From Glaesserella sp. (GTDB lineage Bacteria > Pseudomonadota > Gammaproteobacteria > Enterobacterales > Pasteurellaceae): 64,000 nt of DNA. The DNA lies in the NCBI RefSeq assembly GCF_041817755.1, contig NZ_JBGYBX010000044.1:12573-76572 (forward strand). The letters run 5' to 3'. A program made the translations under genes and the position numbers. This document shows, piece after piece, positions 41,239 to 49,875 of this stretch. How positions within the stretch are numbered: position 1 is the stretch's first letter; each line of letters starts with the position of its first letter. The notes under the pieces are model-generated. The model was not told where the DNA came from, searched no databases, and saw only the letters and a list, made by a program, of their open reading frames with translations.

Positions 41239-42326
41239 CAGTTTGCTACCTCAAAATCTAATAAAATATCATCACCCATCATTGTGATAGTTGGCGTTTT
41301 TAACTGGACGGCATTTGCCAACACGCCGATTCCATCACCACCGATGGGCGTTTTAGCAGTAACACCACCAACTAATTTAGGAGCGATGTAGCAATGCACA
41401 CGGTTCACAATCCCTTCGTTTAACGCACTAAAATTTAAACTTGAGCCGCCTTCCAACAATAAGCTGTCAATGCCTTGTTCGCCGAGTTTTTGCAAAAGAT
41501 CGACTAAATCAACCCGCTTGTCTTTTGCTTTACAAACCAACACTTCCACTCCAAGCGGTTGGAATTGGGCGATTTTTTGCAAATCATCTGAAACTGTTGC
41601 AATAATCGTGCGATAGGTTTTGGCGGTTTGGACTAATTGACAATCTAATGGCGTACGCAATCGGCTGTCGCACACAATCCGCACCGGCTGTTTGGCATTC
41701 GGCATACGGCTATTGAGCATCGGGTTATCCGCCAGCACCGTATCCACCCCAACCATAATCGCACTGTATTGATGTCGGGTGCATTGCACATTGGCTCTGG
41801 CTTGTTCCCCTGTAATCCACTTGGACTCGCCTGTTGCGGTGGCAATTTTACCGTCTGCGGTCATCGCATATTTCATCAACACATAAGGGCGTTTAGTTTG
41901 AATATAGTGAAAGAAAATCGGATTTAACGCATCACATTCGGCTTTCATCACATTCTCAATCACCTCAATCCCTGCTTGACGGAGTTGTGCCACGCCTTTA
42001 CCCGCCACAAGGGGATTTGGATCGCTTGAGCCGATAACGACGGTTTTAATCCCCCGTTCAATCAACAAATCAGAACAGGGCGGTGTACGTCCGTGATGAC
42101 AGCAAGGCTCAAGGGTAACGTAAGCCGTTGCTCCGCTTAAATCTTCCTGACAATGTAAAATCGCATTACGTTCGGCGTGCCATTCACCGTAGCGTTGGTG
42201 ATAGCCTTCCGCAACAATGTTGCCGTCCTTAACAATCACACAACCGACCAACGGATTAGGATTTGTCCAGCCACGACCAAGTTCAGCCAGTTCAATGGCT
42301 CGAGCCATAAAAATAGAGTGTGTCAT
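41238..42326 (-). CDS. ribD: bifunctional diaminohydroxyphosphoribosylaminopyrimidine deaminase / 5-amino-6-(5-phosphoribosylamino)uracil reductase
   Basis: 362 aa with deaminase Zn motifs HAE...PCxxxxxxPPC and a reductase C-terminal half. Confidence 0.95.
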   Translation of the reverse strand: MTHSIFMARAIELAELGRGWTNPNPLVGCVIVKDGNIVAEGYHQRYGEWHAERNAILHCQEDLSGATAYVTLEPCCHHGRTPPCSDLLIERGIKTVVIGSSDPNPLVAGKGVAQLRQAGIEVIENVMKAECDALNPIFFHYIQTKRPYVLMKYAMTADGKIATATGESKWITGEQARANVQCTRHQYSAIMVGVDTVLADNPMLNSRMPNAKQPVRIVCDSRLRTPLDCQLVQTAKTYRTIIATVSDDLQKIAQFQPLGVEVLVCKAKDKRVDLVDLLQKLGEQGIDSLLLEGGSSLNFSALNEGIVNRVHCYIAPKLVGGVTAKTPIGGDGIGVLANAVQLKTPTITMMGDDILLDFEVAN

Positions 42327-42388
42327 TTGTTTTCGTATTTTCAGAAAATAGGGGCAGTGGAATGGGATATTTATTTAGATAAACCGTT

Positions 42389-42423
42389 CCCCTCTTTAGT
42401 AAAGAGGGGTTAGGGGAGATTTG
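42389..42423 (+). repeat. GC-rich palindromic intergenic repeat, copy 3
   Basis: CCCCTCTTTAGTAAAGAGGGG followed by TTAGGGGAGATTT, in the ribD leader. Confidence 0.85.
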
Positions 42424-42514
42424 TTAGGCTATATGCAATAAGAGGGAGTAAATAGTCAAAAAATACTAGATAAAAATGTCTTATCCATTATTTTCTTCGT
42501 TATCTACTTCTGCC

Positions 42515-42548
42515 AAATCTTCCCCTGCCCCTCTTTGCTAAAGAGGGG
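42515..42548 (-). repeat. GC-rich palindromic intergenic repeat, copy 4 (inverted orientation)
   Basis: AAATCTTCCCCTG followed by CCCCTCTTTGCTAAAGAGGGG. This is the reverse-complement arrangement of copies 1-3, 91 bp from copy 3. Confidence 0.8.
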
Positions 42549-42572
42549 AGTTTTATTGAGGCTAAATAAACA

Positions 42573-42604
42573 AACGCCTTGAAATCTCACGATCTCAAGG
42601 CGTT
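42573..42604 (-). terminator. second terminator-like hairpin in the rib leader
   Basis: 10-bp stem AACGCCTTGA / TCAAGGCGTT, followed on the minus strand by TGTTTATTT. Confidence 0.45.
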
Positions 42605-42641
42605 AAAAGCATAAGAAAAGCACTCGAACAGTGTTCGAGTG
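42605..42641 (-). terminator. FMN-riboswitch expression-platform terminator
   Basis: Minus strand CACTCGAAC-ACT-GTTCGAGTG followed by CTTTTCTTATGCTTTT, immediately 3' of the aptamer. Confidence 0.7.
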
Positions 42642-42653
42642 TAGATATTCCAG

Positions 42654-42770
42654 CTCTTCTTCCATCCAGACTATCACTGTCGGTACCGGAATTTCACCGG
42701 TTCCTGCGTCGGTTTTCACCTCTGCTCGCGGACTTTACCGCCGATCGGGAATTTCACCCTGCCCTGAAGA
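42654..42770 (-). promoter_or_regulatory. FMN riboswitch (RFN element) aptamer
   Basis: The minus strand reads CTTCAGGGCAGGGTGAAATTCCCGATCGGCGGTAAAGTCCGCGAGC...GGTGAAATTCCGGTACCGACAGTGATAGTCTGGATGGAAGAAGAG. This carries the conserved RFN blocks. Confidence 0.9.
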
Positions 42771-42786
42771 TTAAAAATTGTTGCGG

Positions 42787-42815
42787 ATTCTGCACCTGTT
42801 TGAAGAACGTGTCAA
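42787..42815 (-). promoter_or_regulatory. sigma70 promoter of the rib operon
   Basis: On the minus strand: TTGACA (42815-42810), 17-nt spacer, CAGAAT (42792-42787), just upstream of the aptamer. Confidence 0.65.
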
Positions 42816-42874
42816 GCAACAATTTTTTAACAAAAGCGCTTGAGAAAAATATCAAACGCTATGATTTTTTTTAA

Positions 42875-44749
42875 CTATTTAAGATTATTTTGCTGATCAA
42901 GGAAATCTTGATTGATTTCAATTTTTGCCCGTTCACGTAAATCTTTCAGTAAGTCATTACGTAAGACGATACGATTAGCTTCGGCAAACTGTGCCGCAAA
43001 CGGCTTAAATGCCTCTAAATTGCCATCGACAATGTTATCTAACGCAATAATGATAACTCGACCGTTTTCAAGAGTCGTTTGATAAACCGGATTATTCGCC
43101 GTCGGTTTTGGCATGGCAAATACGGTTTGGGTCAACTGCGGTTGTCGTACTTGTGACTGAGCAAAAACGAGTTCCTGAGGCTGTTCGAACGTTACCGCCG
43201 TTTTATTGCCTGCTTGAAGCGCTTTAATTTGCTCTTCAGCCTTGGCTAATAATGTTTTTTCCGATTTTGCGTATTTTACGGCATGTTCTACGGCTGTTTT
43301 TGCCTGCTCAAACGTTTGTGTGCTTTGCGCTTGATAATTGCTGACACGAATAAAAAGAGTTTTCGGGTTGGTCGTGTCACCGATATCGATAGCTTCGGAA
43401 TTTTGTCCGTTTTGTGCCGATTCACCGTTAAATAATACTTTTAGCACTTTCTCATGGTTCAACGCCTCGGGCACGTCATTGCGGGTAAATTGTGCGGTTT
43501 TTTGTACATTTATTCCGGCCAGTCGGGCAACGCCTTCAAGAGAACCGTTATCTTCAAACGCTTTATTTGCCATTTCACGAGTGATATTGGAATATTCGGT
43601 AAGCATCAACTCACGACGAATAATCTCGGCAATTTGTTGTTTGACTTGTTCCAACGGAATGGATTGCCCGGGTGCCCGCTCAAGTACTTTGATGATATGA
43701 TAAGCCCCGTCTACTTTTATCGGTTGGCTTGTACTGCCTACGCTTAACGACTGAGCGGCATCGTCAAATGCTTTAGGGAATACCCCGGATTTTGCCCAAC
43801 CTAAATCGCCGCCTTGAGCTGCGGAAAGTTTGTCCGTCGATTTTTCTTTTGCCAATGTTGCAAAATCCGTTCCTTGTTTTAGCGCTACGGCAATATCATT
43901 CGCTTCAGTCTCGGTTGCGACTTGGATGTGCGCAATTTTGGTTTCTCCCGCCGTGCTGTATTTTGCTTTATTGGTTTGATAATACGTATTGATTTGTTCA
44001 TCGGTAACTTGAATATTTTTCTCAAGATCTTTCGGTTCGATAGAGACATATTCCACAGTCAATTTTTCCGGGTTGATAAAATTCGCTTTATTCGCCTCAT
44101 AATAAGTCAACAGCTCTTCTTCCGAAGCGGTTTGTTTCACCGCGTCATCCGCAATCGGGAATGATGCTAAACGCACTTGCCGTTTTTGTAGTAACAATTG
44201 GGCAAGATGAGCTTGTTGAGACGGCACCATAAAATCACTTCCGATGATGCTTTCTTGAATTTGTGAGAACAGCAATCCTTCGTAGACGAAAGCCGCATAG
44301 CCGTCAGGCGTTAATCCGTTGCTGCGCAAAGTTTGTTGATAAAGCGTATTGTCGAATTTACCGTTTTGTTGAAACGCCGGTGAATTGACGATTTCCGATT
44401 TGATTTGATCGGCACTGATGTCCAGTTTTAAACTTTTGGCATATTGACGCAAGAGCTCATCATCAATTAATTGATTGAGAACCGAATATTGGAATTCTTT
44501 TGCGTATTCCGGGTTGTCTAAAAGATCCCAAAAACGCTCTCCCATCTGCGCATTCATTATATTTTGTTGACGATTTTTGGCCGACGTAAAAGCCTGTTGC
44601 GAGATTTCTTCTCCGTTCACTTTAACCGCAGAAGTATCCGAACTCATCAATCCCCCGCCGATTCCGCCTAATACAAAAGAAAGAGAAACGAGGGCAAAAA
44701 TTATTTTAAATGCGATGCCGCCGGATTTCTCATGCATTTTTTCGATCAT
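42875..44749 (-). CDS. ppiD: periplasmic chaperone / peptidyl-prolyl isomerase PpiD
   Basis: 624 aa with an N-terminal TM anchor (IIFALVSLSFVLGGIGG) and a central parvulin-like segment (GGDLGW). Confidence 0.85.
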   Translation of the reverse strand: MIEKMHEKSGGIAFKIIFALVSLSFVLGGIGGGLMSSDTSAVKVNGEEISQQAFTSAKNRQQNIMNAQMGERFWDLLDNPEYAKEFQYSVLNQLIDDELLRQYAKSLKLDISADQIKSEIVNSPAFQQNGKFDNTLYQQTLRSNGLTPDGYAAFVYEGLLFSQIQESIIGSDFMVPSQQAHLAQLLLQKRQVRLASFPIADDAVKQTASEEELLTYYEANKANFINPEKLTVEYVSIEPKDLEKNIQVTDEQINTYYQTNKAKYSTAGETKIAHIQVATETEANDIAVALKQGTDFATLAKEKSTDKLSAAQGGDLGWAKSGVFPKAFDDAAQSLSVGSTSQPIKVDGAYHIIKVLERAPGQSIPLEQVKQQIAEIIRRELMLTEYSNITREMANKAFEDNGSLEGVARLAGINVQKTAQFTRNDVPEALNHEKVLKVLFNGESAQNGQNSEAIDIGDTTNPKTLFIRVSNYQAQSTQTFEQAKTAVEHAVKYAKSEKTLLAKAEEQIKALQAGNKTAVTFEQPQELVFAQSQVRQPQLTQTVFAMPKPTANNPVYQTTLENGRVIIIALDNIVDGNLEAFKPFAAQFAEANRIVLRNDLLKDLRERAKIEINQDFLDQQNNLK

Positions 44750-44967
44750 TGTTATGGTTCCTAGTCATAAAAAATGGAGCAATTATACTGTAAAGCGCTT
44801 AATTCTCAAATGTGATTTTTGGAATTCGGAACCTTTCCTTCATTGCACCTCAGAGCAGTGATTTGCTATCTAAACTTTGCATTTAACGTTAAAATTTGTT
44901 CTAATTTACACCTCGTTGTGAGAACCGCTTCTCTTTACTTCTTTGGCTTTTTATATAGGGATACCGT

Positions 44968-46290
44968 ATGGGTATTTATGCATACATTTGTTTTCTTTCC
45001 GCACTTTCAATTTTACTCGGATTCATCACAAGCAAAATCAGTGATAAAGTGCAGTCGACGATTGCGATTACCGCTGCGGCGATGATCGGTTCTTTACTCC
45101 TTTTATTTTTTGGTTGGGCAGGTTGGTTTAATATCGATTTGGTCGCAACGGAAGTCATGGAGCAAGTTGATTTCAAAAGCTTCTTACTCAACGGTATTTT
45201 AGGCTTTTTGCTTTTTGCCGGATCGCTTGGCATCAAACTACCTGTGCTGAAAGATCAAAAATGGGAAATCACGATTTTCGCCTTATTTTCAACCTTGGCT
45301 TCAACCTTGATCATCGGTTTCTTTGTTTACGGCGTAGCCAATCTTATCGGTTTAGAGATCGATTTAATCTATTGTATCGTGTTCGGGGCGCTGATTTCCC
45401 CCACCGACCCGATTGCGGTTCTCGCCATCATTAAAAATTTACGCGCACCTAAACGCTTATCGATGCAGGTAGAAGGCGAGTCGCTTTTTAATGACGGTGT
45501 CGGTTTGGTTATTTTCATAACGGTATTCGCCGTCGCATTCGGCGGGCAAGAAGCAACCTTTAGCGGTATCATGAATTTATTTTTACACGAAGCGATCGGT
45601 GGGATCTTATTCGGCTTCGTGCTGGGCTTTATTGCTCATATCCTAATTTCAAGCACTGACGACGGTAGCTTGGAGATTATGTTAACGCTTACTATTCCGA
45701 CTGCCGGGTTTATGTTTGCCAATAACATTCTCCATGTTTCCGGTGCGTTGGCGATGGTTGTTGCCGGGATTATGATCGGTAACTGGACGCGCCGTTCCGG
45801 TTTTTCCGAACAAAGCCAACGTTACCTCGACCATTTTTGGGAAATGATTGATCATTTCTTAAATTCATTACTGTTCTTCCTTATCGGCTTTGCGATATTG
45901 CTGGTGGATTTTAATATTTACGGCATTATTATGATGATTGTCGCCATTCCGATTTGTTTGGCAGCCCGTTATTTAAGTCTTTGGATTCCGTATAAAGGAT
46001 TGCAGCAGTTCCGTACTTATAATCCGTATACCTTGAAAATTATGACATGGGGCGGATTGCGCGGTGGCTTGGCGTTGGCGATGGCTTTGTCCATTCCGGC
46101 CAAAACCGTGTTTGTCGGCAATGGAATTGATGTGAAGGACTTAATTCTGGTCATGACGTATTCCGTTGTGATGTTCTCCATTTTAGTGCAAGGCACCACA
46201 ATCGAGCCGATAATTCGTAAATCGAAACAAGTGGATCCGAATCGGGAAGAGTACCTGCAACCACAGAATCAATCGGATACTAAACATTAA
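44968..46290 (+). CDS. Na+(K+)/H+ antiporter, CPA1 (NhaP-type)
   Basis: 440 aa polytopic protein with ISPTDPIAV and ESLFNDG motifs typical of CPA1. Confidence 0.8.
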   Translation: MGIYAYICFLSALSILLGFITSKISDKVQSTIAITAAAMIGSLLLLFFGWAGWFNIDLVATEVMEQVDFKSFLLNGILGFLLFAGSLGIKLPVLKDQKWEITIFALFSTLASTLIIGFFVYGVANLIGLEIDLIYCIVFGALISPTDPIAVLAIIKNLRAPKRLSMQVEGESLFNDGVGLVIFITVFAVAFGGQEATFSGIMNLFLHEAIGGILFGFVLGFIAHILISSTDDGSLEIMLTLTIPTAGFMFANNILHVSGALAMVVAGIMIGNWTRRSGFSEQSQRYLDHFWEMIDHFLNSLLFFLIGFAILLVDFNIYGIIMMIVAIPICLAARYLSLWIPYKGLQQFRTYNPYTLKIMTWGGLRGGLALAMALSIPAKTVFVGNGIDVKDLILVMTYSVVMFSILVQGTTIEPIIRKSKQVDPNREEYLQPQNQSDTKH

Positions 46291-46314
46291 TTTTGCCGTT
46301 ATGGGATAAAAGCA

Positions 46315-46343
46315 TTGCGCTGGAATGCGTTTATCTTTAGAAT
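46315..46343 (+). promoter_or_regulatory. candidate sigma70 promoter of rpsO
   Basis: TTGCGC, 17-nt spacer, TAGAAT. A structured leader follows (ATAGCTG...CGGCTAT), consistent with S15 autoregulation. Confidence 0.5.
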
Positions 46344-46419
46344 GCGCAACCTCGTGTCATAGCTGAGTTAGAGATCGGCTATTGATGAATTTAAACTAAC
46401 TACTTTTTAGGAGTAAAAC

Positions 46420-46689
46420 ATGTCTCTAAGCGTAGAAGCAAAAGCAAAAATCGTTGCTGAATTTGGTCGCGATGCAAAAGATACCGGTTCTTCAGAAGTT
46501 CAAATCGCTCTGTTAACCGCTCAAATCAACCATTTACAAGCACACTTTGCCGAGCATAAAAAAGATCACCACGGTCGCCGCGGTCTATTACGTATGGTTT
46601 CACGCCGTCGTAAATTATTAGACTACTTAAAACGTACCGATCTTGCCAAATACTCAGAAACTATCGCACGTTTAGGTTTACGTCGTTAA
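46420..46689 (+). CDS. rpsO: 30S ribosomal protein S15
   Basis: 89 aa with [21 protein letters not shown]...[11 protein letters not shown]. Confidence 0.97.
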   Translation: MSLSVEAKAKIVAEFGRDAKDTGSSEVQIALLTAQINHLQAHFAEHKKDHHGRRGLLRMVSRRRKLLDYLKRTDLAKYSETIARLGLRR

Positions 46690-46702
46690 TTTCCCAATAT
46701 GG

Positions 46703-46732
46703 AAAAAAACCGAGCTTAGGCTCGGTTTTTTT
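46703..46732. terminator. bidirectional terminator (rpsO / argD)
   Basis: CCGAGC-TTAG-GCTCGG flanked by A7 and T7. Confidence 0.8.
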
Positions 46733-46737
46733 GTTGC

Positions 46738-47919
46738 TTACATTTCACTCAAGACATCGTGTAATACGGCAATGCCCTGTTCGATTTGTGCATCACTGAT
46801 AATCAATGGCGGAAGCAAGCGCAGTTTCTGTTTCGCCGTAAGCGTCAATACGCCTTTTTGAATCGCTTTAGTGACGACATCACCGGCGGTAATGCCTTCT
46901 TCAAATTCTACACCGAGCATTAAGCCGAGCCCGCTGACGGATTTTACCTTCGGTAAGGTTAACAGGGCTTGGCGTAATTTTTCACCCTTAATTTGAATGT
47001 CTGCTAAAAATGCAGGTGTAAAGCGCGCCAATACCGCATTTGCCGCCGCACAGCACACCGGGTTTCCTCCAAATGTCGAGCCGTGATCGCTTTTTCCTAG
47101 GGTGTTTTGGCATTTATCACCGAGCAAAAAAGCCCCGATAGGCAAGCCGCCGCCCAATCCTTTCGCCAGTGTAACAATATCCGGCGTCAAACCGAATTGT
47201 TGGTAAGCAAACAGGCTGCCGGTACGTCCGATACCGGTTTGAACTTCGTCGATGATTAAAATCAGATCCTGCTCTTGGCAGAGTGTTTGGACCGATTGCA
47301 GATAGGTCGCTTCCAACGCACATACGCCGCCTTCGCCTTGCACGATTTCCAAGATAACGGCACATACATCGTTTTGCGCTATACGTTGCTTCAATGCCTC
47401 GAAGTTATTGGCGGGAACATGTTCAAATCCTTGGGTAAACGGAAAATAATGTTGATGGAATACCGCTTGTCCGGTAGCGGCTAGGGTTGAAATGGTTCGC
47501 CCGTGAAACGAATTAACCAAACTTAGCACCGTAGCCCGATTGGCACCGTATTTATCATGGCTGTATTTACGGGCGGTTTTAATCGCACCTTCATTAGCTT
47601 CTGCGCCGGAATTGCAAAAAAACGCACGGATCAGACCGCTTGCTTCTGTTAATTGTTTTGCTAACACGGTTGCCGGTTCGGTATAAAAAAGGTTGGACGT
47701 ATGTTGTAGTTTTGCGGCTTGCGTCGTAACGGCGCTAAGCCATGCCTCATCCGCCCAACCCAAACAGTTCGTGCCGATTCCGCTGGTAAAATCGAGATAT
47801 TGGTTTCCTTCAATATCCCACACATCGCACCCTTTACCGTGGGAAAGCACCAGATCAAAACGCCCGTAGGTTTGTGCAAGGTGTTGGTGATCCAATTGTT
47901 TAATTTGTTGGCTGTTCAT
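46738..47919 (-). CDS. argD: acetylornithine aminotransferase (class-III aminotransferase)
   Basis: 393 aa with FCNSGAEANEGAIK, IIDEVQTGIGRTG and TLAKGLGGG motifs. Operon context with argB and argC. Confidence 0.85.
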   Translation of the reverse strand: MNSQQIKQLDHQHLAQTYGRFDLVLSHGKGCDVWDIEGNQYLDFTSGIGTNCLGWADEAWLSAVTTQAAKLQHTSNLFYTEPATVLAKQLTEASGLIRAFFCNSGAEANEGAIKTARKYSHDKYGANRATVLSLVNSFHGRTISTLAATGQAVFHQHYFPFTQGFEHVPANNFEALKQRIAQNDVCAVILEIVQGEGGVCALEATYLQSVQTLCQEQDLILIIDEVQTGIGRTGSLFAYQQFGLTPDIVTLAKGLGGGLPIGAFLLGDKCQNTLGKSDHGSTFGGNPVCCAAANAVLARFTPAFLADIQIKGEKLRQALLTLPKVKSVSGLGLMLGVEFEEGITAGDVVTKAIQKGVLTLTAKQKLRLLPPLIISDAQIEQGIAVLHDVLSEM

Positions 47920-47945
47920 CGCTTGTATATCCTTTTATTGCGGAA

Positions 47946-48782
47946 TTATGGATAGAATAAGGTTCCGTTACCCTTATCCGTCAGCATTTCAATTAAAATA
48001 GCGTGTTCCACCCGACCGTCAATGATGGCGGCTTGTTCGCCACCCGCCCGAATAAAATCGGTACAGCAGGCAATTTTCGGAATCATACCGCCGGCAATAA
48101 CGCCTTGTGCTATCAATGCGTCAACTTCATTGAGGCTGACGTTGGAAATCAGCGTACTTTCATCGTGGCGATCGCGTAATAAGCCTGCAATATCCGTCAT
48201 ACTGACTAATTTTGTCGCTTTCAACGCAATGGCGATTTCACTGGCTGCCGTATCGGCATTGATATTATATGCTACGCCTTGTTGATCTACGCCTACGGTT
48301 GAAATAACCGGAATCAAATCGGCGTGGAGTGCCAATTCGAGCACCTTGGTATTGACTTTGGTAATTTCACCGACAAAGCCTAAGTCGACATCGCCTTTTA
48401 GTTTTTCACATTGCAGCATGTTGGCGTCGATTCCGCATAATCCGATACCTTTACCTTGCAATAACGCCACCAAACTTTTATTAACTTTTCCCGCCAACAT
48501 TTGTAAGACAATATCCATCGTATCTTTGTCGGTGACGCGCAATCCATTGATAAATCGGCTTTCTTTTCCGATCTGCTTTAACCCTTGTGAAATTTCGGGA
48601 CCGCCGCCGTGGACTAACACGACGTTGATACCCAGTTGATTCAGCAGCAAAATATCTTGCATAACGGCGTGCTTTAAGGCTTCATTAATCATCGCATTCC
48701 CGCCGTATTTCACTACGATTATTTTGCCTTTAAATTGAGCGATATATGGTGTCGCCTGTTGAATTAATTCATTGATTTGCAT
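47946..48782 (-). CDS. argB: acetylglutamate kinase
   Basis: 278 aa with IVVKYGGNAM and VLVHGGGPEI motifs. Confidence 0.9.
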   Translation of the reverse strand: MQINELIQQATPYIAQFKGKIIVVKYGGNAMINEALKHAVMQDILLLNQLGINVVLVHGGGPEISQGLKQIGKESRFINGLRVTDKDTMDIVLQMLAGKVNKSLVALLQGKGIGLCGIDANMLQCEKLKGDVDLGFVGEITKVNTKVLELALHADLIPVISTVGVDQQGVAYNINADTAASEIAIALKATKLVSMTDIAGLLRDRHDESTLISNVSLNEVDALIAQGVIAGGMIPKIACCTDFIRAGGEQAAIIDGRVEHAILIEMLTDKGNGTLFYP

Positions 48783-48813
48783 ATAAATTATCCTGTTTGT
48801 CTGAAATGTGCGA

Positions 48814-49758
48814 CTAGATCACCAAGCCGGCAGTTTCGGCTCTGCCGAGCATAATATTCATACATTGTATCGCAGCACCAGAGGCGCCTTTACCGAGATT
48901 GTCGAAACGTGCAGTCAATAATAATTGGGTGTCATTGCTGAATACTGCAATGTCTAAATTGTCTTTACCGGATAAGCCGTTCGCTGCCAACATTCCGTCG
49001 GCGGGAATATCTGCGTGGGGTTTAACGCGGATTAATCGGCGGTCTTGATAGTAATCCGACAACAGTTGTGTGACGGCTTCGCCCGAACGGTATTTTTCCG
49101 CAAGGACGGCAAGCGGTAGAGGTACGGTGACCAGCATACCACTGTAATAATCGGCGACGACAGGGGTAAAGATCGGGGCGGATGTCAGTCCGGTAACTGC
49201 CGTCATTTCCGGCAAGTGTTTATGTTTTAAGCCGAGTCCGTATATCCTTGGGGCGTTGAAGGCCTCCGCACGATTTTCAGTCTGATATTCCGCAATCATG
49301 CCTTTTCCACCGCCCGAATAGCCGGTTAATGAGTGGCAGTAGAGCGGAGAAGCCGCCGATAATGCAAAATATTCGACAAGCGGTCGAACCAAGGCGATAA
49401 ATCCCGTGGCATGACAACCCGGCACGGCAACACGGTTTGCCTCGGCAATTTTTGCCGTTCTGCCTGACAATTCGGCAAAACCGTAAACCCAATCGGGGTT
49501 AACCCGATGTGCGGTAGAGGTATCACAAATGCGGGCGGACGGCGGTGCGGCGGCAACAATCTCTTTTGCCGCCTCATCCGGCAGACATAAAAAAGTTAAA
49601 TCCGCTTCGCTTATTTTTGCCAAGCGGGCATCAAGATCTTTGCGTTGTGCTTCCGGGAGGGTAAGAAGCTGAATATCTGCCTGACTGCTTAAGCGTTCAT
49701 GAATACGTAGCCCGGTGGTGCCGACCGCACCGTCTACAAAAATTTTATACTGTGTCAT
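48814..49758 (-). CDS. argC: N-acetyl-gamma-glutamyl-phosphate reductase, short 'uncommon' form
   Basis: About 314 aa with KIFVDGAVGTTGLRI and catalytic VAVPGCHATG. Start taken at MTQYKIF, with AGGAA 7 nt upstream. Confidence 0.85.
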   Translation of the reverse strand: MTQYKIFVDGAVGTTGLRIHERLSSQADIQLLTLPEAQRKDLDARLAKISEADLTFLCLPDEAAKEIVAAAPPSARICDTSTAHRVNPDWVYGFAELSGRTAKIAEANRVAVPGCHATGFIALVRPLVEYFALSAASPLYCHSLTGYSGGGKGMIAEYQTENRAEAFNAPRIYGLGLKHKHLPEMTAVTGLTSAPIFTPVVADYYSGMLVTVPLPLAVLAEKYRSGEAVTQLLSDYYQDRRLIRVKPHADIPADGMLAANGLSGKDNLDIAVFSNDTQLLLTARFDNLGKGASGAAIQCMNIMLGRAETAGLVI

Positions 49759-49791
49759 TGCCGTTCCTGTCATTTATGTTGTTGATACTGT

Positions 49792-49820
49792 AGTGTATGC
49801 AGATTTAAGGGCAATGACAA
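49792..49820 (-). promoter_or_regulatory. candidate argC promoter
   Basis: On the minus strand: TTGTCA (49820-49815), 17-nt spacer, TACACT (49797-49792). Confidence 0.45.
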
Positions 49821-49827
49821 CCTGAAT

Positions 49828-49866
49828 TTTGCATAATTATGCAAATAGAGTGAATTTATATTTTGA
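49828..49866. promoter_or_regulatory. ArgR operator: two 18-bp ARG boxes separated by 3 bp
   Basis: TTTGCATAATTATGCAAA (49828-45) and AGTGAATTTATATTTTGA (49849-66), compared with the consensus wnTGAATwwwwATTCAnw. The 18+3+18 arrangement is canonical. Confidence 0.6.
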
Positions 49867-49875
49867 CTTAACTTG

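Noticed and set aside
42424..42514. 21-codon ORF (MSYPLFSSLSTSAKSSPAPLC) between rib repeat copies 3 and 4
   Set aside because: It has no RBS, ends inside a repeat unit and lies on the strand opposite to the rib operon. Most likely fortuitous.
39304..42548. Possibility that the four GC-rich repeats form a CRISPR array
   Set aside because: The copies are 1.2-1.8 kb apart, separated by full-length rib genes, and one is inverted. There are no regular spacers and no cas genes.
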